Shown here piece after piece: positions 25,497 through 36,911 of a stretch of DNA of 64,000 nucleotides; position 1 is the stretch's first letter, and every line of letters begins with the position of its first letter. The notes beneath the pieces were generated by a model. The model had not been told where the DNA came from. It was given only the letters and a program-made list of their open reading frames with translations, and did no database searches. The position numbers and the translations under genes were made by a program. Source of the DNA: Selaginella moellendorffii (taxonomy: Eukaryota; Plantae; Lycopodiophyta); assembly GCF_000143415.4 (NCBI RefSeq), contig NW_003314400.1:268064-332063 (forward strand), read 5' to 3'.

Positions 25497-25662
25497 GAGA
25501 AGAGATCTGGCAGTTGCGATGCTCGATTCTTGTCGAGGAGAAAAAGATCTAGTTGCTCGACGATGAAAGACTCTCGCTTGCAAGCTCCGGAGATCTTGGA
25601 AGAACTTACGCAAGTCAGTATGATATGAAAGAGAAACGAAAGAGAAGGTTCTCACCTTTGTT

Positions 25663-27735
25663 TTACTGGCTGGAAGTCTCGGTCCGGAATGTCTCTGCTG
25701 TGTTGCTCGATCCTCCAGTGTTGCTGCTGTGATCGAGCAACTTGAGGTTCCTGAGGCCAAAGTACCAGGGTGATTTTGTCGGGAGAGGGGCGAGCTTGAG
25801 GTAGCCAAGAAACATGGCCACGACTTCGCTCATGCTCGGCCGACTCGCCTCGTCTTCGTGCGTGCACAGCAGAGCAATGTGAATCGATCGCAGGGCCTCG
25901 GTTTGCGAGTAATTTTTCGATCGTAAGAGTTCCTTATCCACGATCTCTTCCACATTTCCGCCTGGGTGAAACGACCATAACTGTGCAGGCAAGAAAAGGA
26001 AAACTTTTAAGTTCGTGCTTGAAAACTTTGCTCGAGACATACCCATTCTAGGATCCCATCGTAGTTCGGTGATAATCTGGGATCCCGGCATTTCATCCCG
26101 CAGATGATCTCTAGAAGGAGCACCCCAAAGCTGAAAACATCAGCTTTTACTGTTAATCGCCCGCCCATGGCATACTCTGGTGCCATATATCCACTGCAAA
26201 CAGCCAAAGTTGAGAAACAAAAAAACTCATACTTTACGGATTCCATACGTACTAGGTACCCGCAATTTTTGTATCCACTGAGGTCCTGTCTTGATCAAAG
26301 AGCTTCGAGATTCCAAAGTCTGAGATCTTAGGCGTCAGGTCTTTGTCGAGAAGTATGTTGCTAGCCTTTATATCCCGGTGAATTATCTGTATCTGAGACT
26401 CCTCGTGGAGATAAGCGAGTCCCCGTGCAACTCCAATAGCAATATTGTATCGAGTTGGCCAGTCAAGGACAATCTTGCCATTGGAATCTTGCAAAGAACA
26501 GAATTTAACACTAGTCAGCAGCAGCAAAAATTCTCAATGATAGAGACTTACTGTCAAAAGCACGATCAAGGCTCCCGTTGGGAAGATACTCGTAGACTAG
26601 CAATCTTTCATCGCCTTTGACGGAGTAGCCTCGCAGCCTGGTAAGGTTTCGATGCTGGATGCCGGTGATGATGTTAACTTCATTTACAAACTCCTGATTT
26701 CCTTGGCTAGAATGTAGAGACAATTTCTTCACTGCTACTTCAGATCCGTCAGTCAGAACACCCTGCAATACGACAAAGATAAATCATATTTTTCATAACA
26801 CCAGATTTACAATTACCTTGTATACTGGGCCAAATCCTCCTTGACCAAGCTTGTTTTGCTCGCCGAACTCCTTCGTTGCAAGCTTTAGCTCCTCATAATC
26901 GAAAGTGAGAGATCGTCCTTCAAAACTATCTGAAAAGCCAGGAACATTAATTGAAAATCACAGGCAAGTTTCTTATACCTCCAAATTCTCCATGTTGCCG
27001 CAGTGACGAGCTCTGATCATCCAAATGCCGATTTCGACGACTTTTCGTCCGGAAGCAAAATACTAAAACCCCGACAGCAGCAGCCAAGGCTGCTACAGCA
27101 CCGGCAGTTACCCCCACAATCACTCCTGTTCTCGAGGAGCTACCTTGAAATATAGAAAACGTTGTTTGAGTGTTACCAGTATATTTACTACTTCTATACC
27201 TTTGCGAGCTTCCGGGATTTCTGGAGGGATGGCTACTGGAGTTACCGCGGGCGACAAGTCTCCTGGCAGCTCATAACCTTCAAAAGAGAAAAAACAACAA
27301 TCTTTTAAGATGGAAGAACAAGAACTTCCACAAACCTGGGATGAAATTGTAGTTCTCGAAGCGGAGGTAGCATCTATAGCTACTGCTGTTCACCCAATAC
27401 TGCGCACCAACGGTGAGAGGAGCTGCTTCATCGATCCCATCCCTGGCAATGTTGAAACACTGGCCGCAATCTCCCTGGGACATGTTGTAGCACTCGCAGT
27501 AGCCAAAGACTGTGTCGGGATACTTGCCAAAGCCATAGCTCGCGGAGTCATTGCGAGGAACGGTCTTGAAGAGAAAGCCAAGAACCACATCGAGGTTTAG
27601 CTTGAAAGCGCTGCCTGGAGTGGTCTTGCGCGTGTTGGAGTAGACGATATTGGGGGAAATGCCCGAAGGCACGCTCGCAAAAACCCCGCGGCACAGGAAC
27701 ACGAGCAAGAACACAGCGACAGCCCTCCTCTCCAT
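25663..27735 (-). CDS. Cysteine-rich receptor-like kinase with a single DUF26 domain
   Basis: Signal peptide, one DUF26-like domain ([14 protein letters not shown]...[10 protein letters not shown]), TM exon, and kinase motifs [26 protein letters not shown] and GTYGYMAPEY. Confidence 0.9.
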
Positions 27736-28098
27736 CTTCAAGAACAAAGAAAGAAGATTTCATCGATCGATCGATCGAACTGGAGTACCATACCTCGAAA
27801 TATCACCGCCGCCTACATTCGCCAGGCTCCATCGATGCCGCGATCGCCGCCGCCGATCGGCGCTGTGCGCGATAAGATCTCCCGCCGCCGCCGGAAGAAC
27901 AAAACCTACGATGACAACGCTGGAGGAAGTGCCCGGCATTTTCTTTCTTTTCTACTCGGTTGTCAGCTAATACTAGTATTTTAAAGGGCTCGTTGACGGA
28001 ATCTCACACGAGTAACAGAATATCCAAGACTAAGTAGTTAACAGAATATCCACATCTTGCGATTAGAATCTTCTATTTGTTAGATAGTTTGTTGTTAG

Positions 28099-30033
28099 CT
28101 ATCCAGTGACAAGGCGGGGTTGAGGCGGTAGCATGCACGAGTATGTCACGTACTTGACGCTATCCACCAAAACCACCACGAAAATTCGAGCCAGATCTTT
28201 CGATCCAGTCGATGGAACTTGCTTTGGATTGAAGATCGAGACGACCATCGAGGACGGCCGCTGGCTCTTCTCGGAGAAATTGCCTCCTCCTCCTGTGGAA
28301 CTGGAGTTGAATTGCTTACCTCCTCCTGGCGAGGACGACGATGGTCCTGGCGGAAGAGGCACCGCCGAGAGATTCCTGCGGTAGCTGCCGCTTCTCTTCG
28401 CAGAAGTCGTCGGGGATTCCTGCGGGGGCCGAGGTTCCGGACTTATCTCGAATTGGAATACCTCGTTGCAAGCACCAGTGCTGAAAGGTGTGCCTGGAAA
28501 GACGAGCAAGTTGTTAGTTAGCGCGAGATGTTCTTGCAAGACTTTACCTGCGAGATCATTCAAAATCTTTCGCTGAGGATCGTCGGTATCAACGTCGCTG
28601 GGTGGAAGCGCTCGAAATGCTATATCCTGGAACACCCCCGAGTTCAAGAGCGCTGGAGCGTGACTTGCACCGCTACGCTGAGCAGCGGTCGAAGTGGGAG
28701 AAGTGGAAGCCGACGAGTCCCTGCTGCTCGCAACGAAAACGCTCGCGGCTTTGTCCCCGGCCATGACTGCTTGGATGACGAGATCGCCATCTACTTTCAC
28801 TACTTGGTTGTCGCGAGGGAACAGCAGCGACGCCGGAAACCGCTGAGTTGCGTTGCCATACGTGCTCACGTTAGCCGGAAACATACTCCCATCGATCACC
28901 GCTCCACTCTTGTCCTGCCGCTCACACTTGCTCTCTAGCTTGTAACCATCCCCTGGAGACCAGGCCAGCTTCGAAGATTCGTTGCGCTCGTCCTCCAAGC
29001 CCATCAAAACTCTACCACCTATCCTGGCTTGTGCTGGATCCGACGAAACGTAGGCCCGAATCTGTCCAGTTCTCTGCGTCACCGGTATTCCCAGATCGAG
29101 AGGGAACACCAGCGCCATCACACAAAGCAACCCGAGAGCCGCCACACTCGCCAACTTCTTCGTTTTCCCAGAAGCTGTGGAGGACGTCGACGATGGTTTC
29201 TTCGTGGAATTCTCGTCTTTGGAAACCTTGGCACGCTTCACGCTCTTCACCGCCGAAGCTTGTGTCTTGAGTCGCGGGATCGGCACTGGAGGAGCACTGC
29301 TCCCGGGACGAAGAACGTATCCTCCGGGATACTGATACACCGGCATTCCCATGGGAGGAGGAGGAGCGTAAGCTCCCGGCTTGCCACCACCATTCCTCGA
29401 GTGATAGTAGTACGCGAGCTGGTTGCGAAGATTCACATTCTCGGCGCTGATGAGACTCACCGTGTTGTTAAGCTCGGCCACCGTCGCGTTGAGAGTCCGG
29501 ACCCTTTCTTCCAGATCGTCCACATACGCTTTCTTTCTCTGCCGAGATAGCTGCGCGCTCTCCCTGTTACGCATCAACCTGGCCTTCCTTTTCACCTCTT
29601 CATCGTCGCCGCCATCGCCATCTTCTTGCTTCTCCTCCTGGGCGTACTCTACCTTGCGCTTGCCAAGCCTCTTGATAGGGCGGCTCGAGTTGGATTCTCC
29701 CGATGAGCTGGGCTTGTTGCTGTCGGATCCGGCCTCCTCATCCTTGATAATCTCCTCGCGGCTGGAGCTATTGCTGTGCTGCGTGATGGCGCTGCTGGGA
29801 GATCCCGTGGCCTCTTTCGGGAATGGCGGCCCCTCGAGAAATTCCGGCAGGAATTCCCCCAGAGAAGCTGAATCGCAGTCATCCAGAGGCGAGGAATTCT
29901 CCAGAAAGAGCGAGACCCAGTCCTGATCGTCCAGATTCTCTAGATCCTCTGGGAAATCTGCTGGATCGGGAAGATCCAAGAGCTCTGCATCTAGTGCCAT
30001 GGCCAAACCTCGATCGAGCGCCGTGCCGGCCAA
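28099..30033 (-). CDS. Membrane-tethered ER-stress bZIP transcription factor (bZIP17/bZIP28 type)
   Basis: KRKARLMRNRESAQLSRQRKK with zipper, VPIPRLK, KTKKLASVAALGLL TM segment, GGRVL, and C-terminal RIFVVVLVDSVKYVTYSCMLP. Confidence 0.93.
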   Translation of the reverse strand: MAGTALDRGLAMALDAELLDLPDPADFPEDLENLDDQDWVSLFLENSSPLDDCDSASLGEFLPEFLEGPPFPKEATGSPSSAITQHSNSSSREEIIKDEEAGSDSNKPSSSGESNSSRPIKRLGKRKVEYAQEEKQEDGDGGDDEEVKRKARLMRNRESAQLSRQRKKAYVDDLEERVRTLNATVAELNNTVSLISAENVNLRNQLAYYYHSRNGGGKPGAYAPPPPMGMPVYQYPGGYVLRPGSSAPPVPIPRLKTQASAVKSVKRAKVSKDENSTKKPSSTSSTASGKTKKLASVAALGLLCVMALVFPLDLGIPVTQRTGQIRAYVSSDPAQARIGGRVLMGLEDERNESSKLAWSPGDGYKLESKCERQDKSGAVIDGSMFPANVSTYGNATQRFPASLLFPRDNQVVKVDGDLVIQAVMAGDKAASVFVASSRDSSASTSPTSTAAQRSGASHAPALLNSGVFQDIAFRALPPSDVDTDDPQRKILNDLAGKVLQEHLALTNNLLVFPGTPFSTGACNEVFQFEISPEPRPPQESPTTSAKRSGSYRRNLSAVPLPPGPSSSSPGGGKQFNSSSTGGGGNFSEKSQRPSSMVVSIFNPKQVPSTGSKDLARIFVVVLVDSVKYVTYSCMLPPQPRLVTG

Positions 30034-30131
30034 ATCACGCCATCGTTCGCTCCGAACCCTAACACTCGGGAATGAAATTCCTAGGCATATTTGTATATTC
30101 CAATGCCAGTTAATCTGGGCCGCTGGATCTC

Positions 30132-32423
30132 ATGGGCGGCATGACAGCCGTCGATCCTCCCGCGCTTGCCCTCTTCCAAGAGGAGTCCGCCATCGCCCGC
30201 GCCGTCAAGGAATGCGCCAGGCTCAAAGATCTCTCCAAGGCTCGCCGATTGGAATCGCTCGTCCAGCGCAGCGAGGAGCATGGATCCAGCAGATACCTTG
30301 CGAATTTGCTGGTGGAGATGTTTGGGAAATGCGGCAGCGTGGAGGACGCGCGCGCCGTTTTCGACCGGATCGAGCAGCCCAATGTCTTTTCCTGGAGCAT
30401 CCTTCTCACGGCATACGTCCAGAACGGCGATCTGCGAGAGGCGGAGATGGTCTTCGATCGAATGCCGGATCGCAATGTCTTCTCCTGGACGACCATGATC
30501 ACTGGCTACGCTTCCAGCGGCGATGTCGATCGCGCGAAGAAGATCTTCGACCGGATGCCAGAGCCCAATGTCGTCTCCTGGACGGCGATGCTCACAGCGT
30601 ACTCGCAGAACGGGCTCATCAAGGAAGCGGCCGATCTGTTCGAATCCATGCCCGAGAGAACGATCGTCTCGTGGAACGCGATGCTAGCGGCGTTCGCCAA
30701 GAATGGATTCGTGGACGAGGCAAGAAAACTCTTCGATTCAATGAAGCTGCGAGACACTGGATCTTGGAACATCATGCTCGCAGCATATGCCCAGAGTGGG
30801 CATCTTGGAGAGGCCGATACGATCCTCTCTCAGATGCTCGATGTGGATATGGTTTCCTGGAACACGATGATAGTCGCGTATGGAAACACTGGAGACATGG
30901 CTATGGCTAGAAAGATGTTCCAGGAGATGCCCAGGAGAGATGTGGTTACTTGGAACTCAATGATTGCGGCAAGCTCCGCGAATGGGCATTTGGAGGACGC
31001 GCGTTTCTACTTCGATTCGATGCCACAGAGGGATTCCGTGTCGTGGAACACGATGATCAAGGCGCTGGGGCAGCACGGCTATGTGGAAGAAGCCTACGCT
31101 CTCTTCAAATCGATCCCACAGAAGAACTTCCTCTCGTGGGTCGTGATTCTCACGGTTTACGCGCAAAGAGGCCGGATTGCCGACGCGAGAGCTATCTTCG
31201 ATCGAATGCCCAAGGAGAATCTCATGCCTTGGAACATCATGGTGGCAGCGTACGTAGAGAGCGGCCTCGTCGACGAGGCCAAGGAGTTTTTCGACCAGCT
31301 CATGCCGGAGCACAACGTCGTGTCTTGGAACGCGCTCATCGCTGGCTACGCTCACCAGGGACGAGCGAACGAAGGAAAGCGGCTCTTTGATTCGATGATG
31401 GAGAAGAACCTCGTCACTCGCAACGCTCTTCTGCTGGCTTACACCGAAGCTGGCGATGTCCGAGCAGCAAAAGAGTTTTTTGAGACCATGCCCGAGAGAG
31501 ATGTCGCGTCTTTCACGACGCTCATCGCAGGATATGGCCAGTCGGGCGACTTCCAGGCGGCAAAACGAGTTTTCGATCTTCTTCCACAGCCGGACATGAT
31601 CTCGTGGAGCACCATGATCGCAGTTTACGCGCAGAATGATCAACTCGCTTTAGCGGAGAAGATGTTCCACGGCTTGCCCGAGTGGGACGTGAAAGCTTGC
31701 AACGCGATTATAGTCGCTTACGGGCAGCACAACGAGCTGGAGAAGGCGATCTTCATGTTCGAGACGATGCCCAAGAAGGATATCGCGTCGTTCAATGCGA
31801 TGGTTACTGCGTTTGCTCGATACGGTCACCTGGAAGAAGCCCGAGTTTTGTTTGAGAGGATGCCGAGGAGAGATAGAGTCTCCTGGACAGCTCTCGTCTC
31901 TTCGTACGCTCACGCAGGTCACCTCTGGACTGCTCGAAGTTTGTTCGAGAGAACTCTCGACCGGGACGTGATCATCTGGAACTTGATCGTCTCGGCTCTC
32001 GCATCCAGTGTGCAGTTCCAGGAGGCGTTTGAGATCTTCCGGGAGATGAGAATGGAAGGATTCAAGCCGGACGAGACCACTTTCATCGGGCTCTTGAGCG
32101 GTTGTAGCCATGGAGGCCTGCTGGAGGAGAGCTTGGCTTATCTCATGTCGATGCAAGGCGACCATGGATTGACGCCATCCTCGGAGCACTACTCCTGCTT
32201 CATCGACATTCTGGGACGAGTCGGGCAGCTGGAGAGGGCCGAGGACGTGATCTTCAACACGAAAGTTGCTCCAGTCGCGGTGAGAACGCTCTTGAGCGCC
32301 TGTAACGTTCATGGCGATTCTCGTTTTGGGAGCCGAGTTGCCGGAAGAGCTCTCAAGCTCGAGGATGACAGCAGTGTCGCGTATATCCTCCTCTCCAACA
32401 TCTATGCTGCTGCCCCGACGTGA
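30132..32423 (+). CDS. PLS-class PPR protein, long run of short (31-aa) repeats, E domain, no DYW
   Basis: Repeated FDRMPxxNVVSWxxM motifs; ends EHYSCFIDILGRVG...AYILLSNIY. Confidence 0.92.
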   Translation: MGGMTAVDPPALALFQEESAIARAVKECARLKDLSKARRLESLVQRSEEHGSSRYLANLLVEMFGKCGSVEDARAVFDRIEQPNVFSWSILLTAYVQNGDLREAEMVFDRMPDRNVFSWTTMITGYASSGDVDRAKKIFDRMPEPNVVSWTAMLTAYSQNGLIKEAADLFESMPERTIVSWNAMLAAFAKNGFVDEARKLFDSMKLRDTGSWNIMLAAYAQSGHLGEADTILSQMLDVDMVSWNTMIVAYGNTGDMAMARKMFQEMPRRDVVTWNSMIAASSANGHLEDARFYFDSMPQRDSVSWNTMIKALGQHGYVEEAYALFKSIPQKNFLSWVVILTVYAQRGRIADARAIFDRMPKENLMPWNIMVAAYVESGLVDEAKEFFDQLMPEHNVVSWNALIAGYAHQGRANEGKRLFDSMMEKNLVTRNALLLAYTEAGDVRAAKEFFETMPERDVASFTTLIAGYGQSGDFQAAKRVFDLLPQPDMISWSTMIAVYAQNDQLALAEKMFHGLPEWDVKACNAIIVAYGQHNELEKAIFMFETMPKKDIASFNAMVTAFARYGHLEEARVLFERMPRRDRVSWTALVSSYAHAGHLWTARSLFERTLDRDVIIWNLIVSALASSVQFQEAFEIFREMRMEGFKPDETTFIGLLSGCSHGGLLEESLAYLMSMQGDHGLTPSSEHYSCFIDILGRVGQLERAEDVIFNTKVAPVAVRTLLSACNVHGDSRFGSRVAGRALKLEDDSSVAYILLSNIYAAAPT

Positions 32424-32706
32424 AAACTTCTGAAAGAAACTTGGAAGCGATGGATCCATTGATAGGTAGATCTCGCCACCGACAATCAAAGTTTCGATTC
32501 GCCTTTTTCTATTAGAAACTGGCCGTGAAGTGTAGGTGTGATTTCTTGAAGCTTTGCTAATCTGAGCTTCGCCAACACGGGAAGGAGGATTGACGCATCA
32601 GGAAACTTGACAAGAGTTTTTGCATGGAGTAATCGTCACACTTGGCCCAACCTTATATACAGGCTTCCTCCAACAATACAAATCGACCTTGTACTAGTTC
32701 TACACC

Positions 32707-33006
32707 ATGAAGGCTGCTCTTGTTTTCCTTGTGTTCGTGTTTGTGTTTGCTACATTCGAGGTTTCATTCTCTTCTTTGAGGAGGGAGCTCTTGGCTTTGG
32801 ATGGTGGAGTTGATGTCCAAGTTCTTCAACAAGATCCCAGTTCTCCTTTGCCTCCTCTCAGGTTGATGGACGATGATGATGATGATAAAGGCAAGCAGAA
32901 GAACAACAACAATAACAACAACAACAACATCAACATCAACATCAACGTCTGTCCGGGGCTTGCAAAGAACACTTCCGTGGATCATGTTGATTCAAAGAAT
33001 ATATAA
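32707..33006 (+). CDS. Putative small secreted protein / peptide precursor
   Basis: MKAALVFLVFVFVFATFEVSFS hydrophobic leader, RRELL, poly-Asp and poly-Asn tracts; TATA-like tatata at 32654. Confidence 0.55.
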   Translation: MKAALVFLVFVFVFATFEVSFSSLRRELLALDGGVDVQVLQQDPSSPLPPLRLMDDDDDDKGKQKNNNNNNNNNINININVCPGLAKNTSVDHVDSKNI

Positions 33007-33111
33007 CGAAGGACTAGAAAGAAGGAGAATGACAAGGATGTGTTTAACATCCGAAATGGTTATATAGTCCGAGATGTAAGAAACGTTTGGGGTAATCTTA
33101 ACATAGCTCCT

Positions 33112-33624
33112 TCATGACTTTTTTAGGATCCATGCCGCCGCCACCATGCAGCTTCCAAAAATCGTGGAAGCACCCAAGAGACTATTACCAATCTTTGTTC
33201 CCAGCAGTGAGGCATTTGTCGTTGCTGCGTCCTCAAATGATCTCCCAAGTTCCACGCAAGCTTGCTCCAGTGGTCTCATTGCGGCGCCACCTTTTGCTAG
33301 TGATTCTCCAAGCTCAGCCCCGCCTGCTACCACAGGATTTCCAGGTGCTTCTACTGCTTCCAGTGATTTCGCAACCAGAGCGCTACCTTTTACTGCCGCA
33401 TCTAGAGAATTTCCAAACGCAGTACTGCCTGTTTCAAGAGATTTTCCAAGTGTGTGGATTGATCTTCCAAGACCTAAAGATATCGTGGTTGCGTCCATGG
33501 ATCTTCCTGCTTCCAGTAGTTCGACCCTGGATTCCAGCCTTCTTAGCGATATGATCCCGCCGAGCCCAGCTCCTATAGCTATTCCTATGCAGCCAAATTT
33601 CACATCCTGCTTCCAGGCCCCCAT
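33112..33624 (-). CDS. Gly/Ala-rich amphipathic-repeat protein with hydrophobic termini (unknown family)
   Basis: 170-aa ATG-initiated ORF with repeated LG(K/R/E)SL units and Gly-rich hydrophobic segments at both ends; resembles 48507-49178. Confidence 0.6.
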   Translation of the reverse strand: MGAWKQDVKFGCIGIAIGAGLGGIISLRRLESRVELLEAGRSMDATTISLGLGRSIHTLGKSLETGSTAFGNSLDAAVKGSALVAKSLEAVEAPGNPVVAGGAELGESLAKGGAAMRPLEQACVELGRSFEDAATTNASLLGTKIGNSLLGASTIFGSCMVAAAWILKKS

Positions 33625-33864
33625 TTGAGAATGTGCTTCGCAAACTATGTCTTTAATAGCATAGTGAGCTTTTTAAAGCTTTTTAGCAGCGCTTGAAGAG
33701 TTTTCATTCTAGCATATTCTCAGTCTATTTTAATCTTTGAACACATTTGACTCTAAAGCGTTGTGACTTTAAGGCCTAGGAAAGGATATGCGTTGATGTT
33801 AGTTTAAGCTGTCTCTGTTCATAAAAAACTTGTGCTCGATCGATCACTTGGGTTAATGAAAGCA

Positions 33865-35475
33865 ATGGGAGCGAAGGAGAGCAAGCCTCCTCTTTCTCGC
33901 AGGAGAACTCGCTCGTCCAGCGCAAAGGAGAAAGAGAATGCTCCAGAGAGTAGTCAGCAAGTAGTAGACGATCATGGTGGGAGTCCAAGCAAAAAGCCAA
34001 AGCTTTCTCAAGATGATCAACACATGGCGCTGGCGAGAGCGGTGGAAGCCATATCCGAGGAGGAAAATGCAGCAGCTCAAGTAGCCAGCGATGGATCCAT
34101 GGAGCAAGAAGCGGCAAATTCTAGCCTGGAAGTTCTCGTCACACTTCCAAATGCAAAGGTTTATCTCATGGATCACGATCAGGCTGGATCGGAAAGTGTT
34201 CTTCTCGCGTCTGGGGATCTTAGTGTCATAAGGATCGTCCAGAACGGTAGCGTGGTCGCAGCCATCGTCAAGCTCGGAGACGAGCTCCAGTGGCCGCTGG
34301 CGAAGGACGCTCCAGTCTTGAAGCTCAGCGAGAGTCACTACATTTTTAGCTTGAGACTGCCAGTAACTGTGGAGGAGGATGAAGATGAGGATCAACCTTC
34401 CAGCGAAGGGAAAGAGGAGGTCTCGTTTAAGTCAAGCGCGGAAGTTCTCAACTATGGTGTCACCCTCCCTGGAGATGCGAGCCAGGAGCTTCTCAAGGAG
34501 CTGGATTTGGCCCTCGAAAGCTATAGCTCGCTGGTGCCAGTTCCAGCGCTCCTGAAAGATCAAGACGAGGAGGTCGTGGAGATGGTGCAAGATGACGGTA
34601 ATCAAGGAATCGCTGGAGTGAAGCTCACAACGAAGAAGAAGAACTACTACTTGGAGCAACTGGCTCCCAACGCCGATGACTATCAAAGCGCGATCGCAAA
34701 GGCGATTGCCAGTGGCTCGGGGCATATCGTGCGAGGAATTCTCTGGGTGAGCGAACTAATCGCGACGCAGATCGAGCGCAGTGGATTGTTGATGCAGCAG
34801 CACATCAAACCGAAAAAGAAGCCGTCAAAGATCAGCCCCAAGACAATGAAAAACATCCGGACGTAAGTTCTTGCGTTTACTAGCTTTGACTAGTGTTTTT
34901 ACTGGCTCTTTGACTAGTGCCAAGCAAATCTCAAGGATGACTGAGACGCTCGCGAGTGGTCTTCTCTCTGGAGTTGTCACTGCCACTGAATCGATCACTT
35001 CCTCTGTGCTGAAAACTAAGCCAGGGGCTGCATTGATCGGGCTGTTGCGTGGAGAAGCCGCGATTGCCACTTTGGATGCCTTTGGTAAGCCAAGTTCTTC
35101 GCAATCTCTCCCAGAAAATGAATGATCACATTGTATGTGAGATCACAGTGAAAGTTTTCGATGCTTTGGAGCTGGCTGGGAAGAACGTCATGTCGCGAAC
35201 AACTCTAGTAACTTGCCAAGTCGTATCACACAGGTAGATTGATCACTGTTGTGCTTGATTGAATCAAGAGAAATTTTTGTTCTAGATACGGAGACGAGGC
35301 AGCCGCATTGACAAAAGAGGGGCTTTCAACCGCAGGCCATGTCGTCACTACTGCATGGAAAATCTCAAAAATTAGAACAGCCATGAATCCGGTGAAGGCT
35401 TCCACAAATCCAGTCTCGCTCAAAGCCGCCGCCATCGCCGCCGCTGAACAGCTCAAAGGCAAGAAGACCATGTAA
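33865..35475 (+). CDS. Senescence/dehydration-associated protein (ERD7/spartin-like senescence domain)
   Basis: SVLLASGDLSVIRI, QWPLAKD, LNYGVT, LAPNADDY, AIASGSGHIVRGILW, LDAF-KVFDALE; three introns, stop at 35473-35475. An alternative ATG lies at 33856. Confidence 0.9.
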
Positions 35476-35591
35476 CTCCCAGTTGAATTCTAACCGTCCG
35501 ATGGATGTTAACTTAACCCTAATTTGAAAAAACTGTCAATGAATATACCGAGTATATTTCTCGAGGTTTAGGGTTCTTAGGCATTTTGGAA

Positions 35592-36880
35592 ATGACTCGC
35601 TACGCGCAGCTCGTGATCGGGCCGGCGGGCAGCGGCAAGGTGAGTCAGATTTTGCGTTTCCTGTGCTCAATCTCTGATCTCGATCTTGCAGTCGACGTAT
35701 TGCTACCATTTGCAGCAGCATTGCAACACGATCGGGCGGAACCTGGATGTGATCAATCTCGATCCAGCGGCGGAGGATTTCAAATACGCGGTTGCTGCAG
35801 GTCTGTAAGGATTTCAGTGTTGCAAAGATATTAGTTTGGATCCATTTTTCATCAGATATAAGAGAGCTTGTTCCTCTGGAGGATGTGATGGAAGAATTTA
35901 ACTATGGACCAAACGGAGGCCTCATCTATTGCATGGAGTAAGATTTGAGTAGAGCTTTCGTTCTACACAGGGATTTCTGGCTGACCATTTCTAGTGTAGA
36001 TATCTTGAGGAGAATATGGACGACTGGCTTGCAGAGAAACTAGAAGACTATATCGACGATGACTACGTTGTCTTCGACTGTCCAGGTTTGTGGTAGTTTC
36101 TCTTCACTAGTTTTAGTTGTAGTGATTACACAGGTCAGATTGAGCTCTACACACACATCCCCGTGTTTAAAAGCCTCGTCGAGCAACTTAAGCGCTGGGA
36201 TTTTAATCTGTGCGCTGTCTACCTCCTTGATTCTCAGGTAGCTCTACTCGGATTGATTTGGTGTATCACAGGCAGAAGTTTGCTTTTGTTCTTGTGCAGT
36301 TTGTTTCTGATGTTACCAAGTATATAAGTGGATGCCTGTCGTCCTTGTCTGCTATGGTCCAACTCGAACTTCCTCATGTGAATGTCCTCACGAAGATGGA
36401 TCTCGTGGCCAAGAAAAAAGACATCGAAGAGTACGTGCTACCTATCCAGTATACTTACTTCGTTTTCACAATTTTGTGTGTAGCTACCTTGACCCTGATC
36501 CGGTTTTCCTACTGTCGGAGATGAATGCAAATACCGCTCCACGATACGGAAAGCTCAACGCCGCACTCGCAGAATTGGTTTGTTTTTTCCCACAAGTTTT
36601 GTAATTATTTACAGCTTCTGCTTCCGGCAGATTGACGATTACAGGATGGTCAACTTCGTACCTCTGGACGTCACAAGCGAAGACAGGTACGCCATTTTTT
36701 TACCTGTGGGAATTGTGTGATTGAATGGCTCCTTGCAGTTTGCAGTATCTTCTCTCCACTATCGACAATGCGATTCAGTATGGAGAGAACAGTGAAGTCA
36801 AGATAAAGGACTACGATCCTGATATCGGCGATGGCATGTCGTTCAACATGGATGCTGATATCGAGACAGATAACTTCTAA
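35592..36880 (+). CDS. GPN3: GPN-loop GTPase 3, multi-exon
   Basis: [71 protein letters not shown]. Confidence 0.93.
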
Positions 36881-36911
36881 CGTCTAGTAGTATGTAACAT
36901 ACTTTCCGGTG

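Noticed and set aside
29999-32489. Long alternative-frame and antisense ORFs over the PPR gene
   Set aside because: By-products of GC-rich, repetitive PPR coding sequence.
33146-33628. 160-aa plus-strand ORF opposite 33112-33624 (likewise 48575-49099)
   Set aside because: Antisense mirror of Gly/Ala-rich codons; the opposite strand carries the family similarity.
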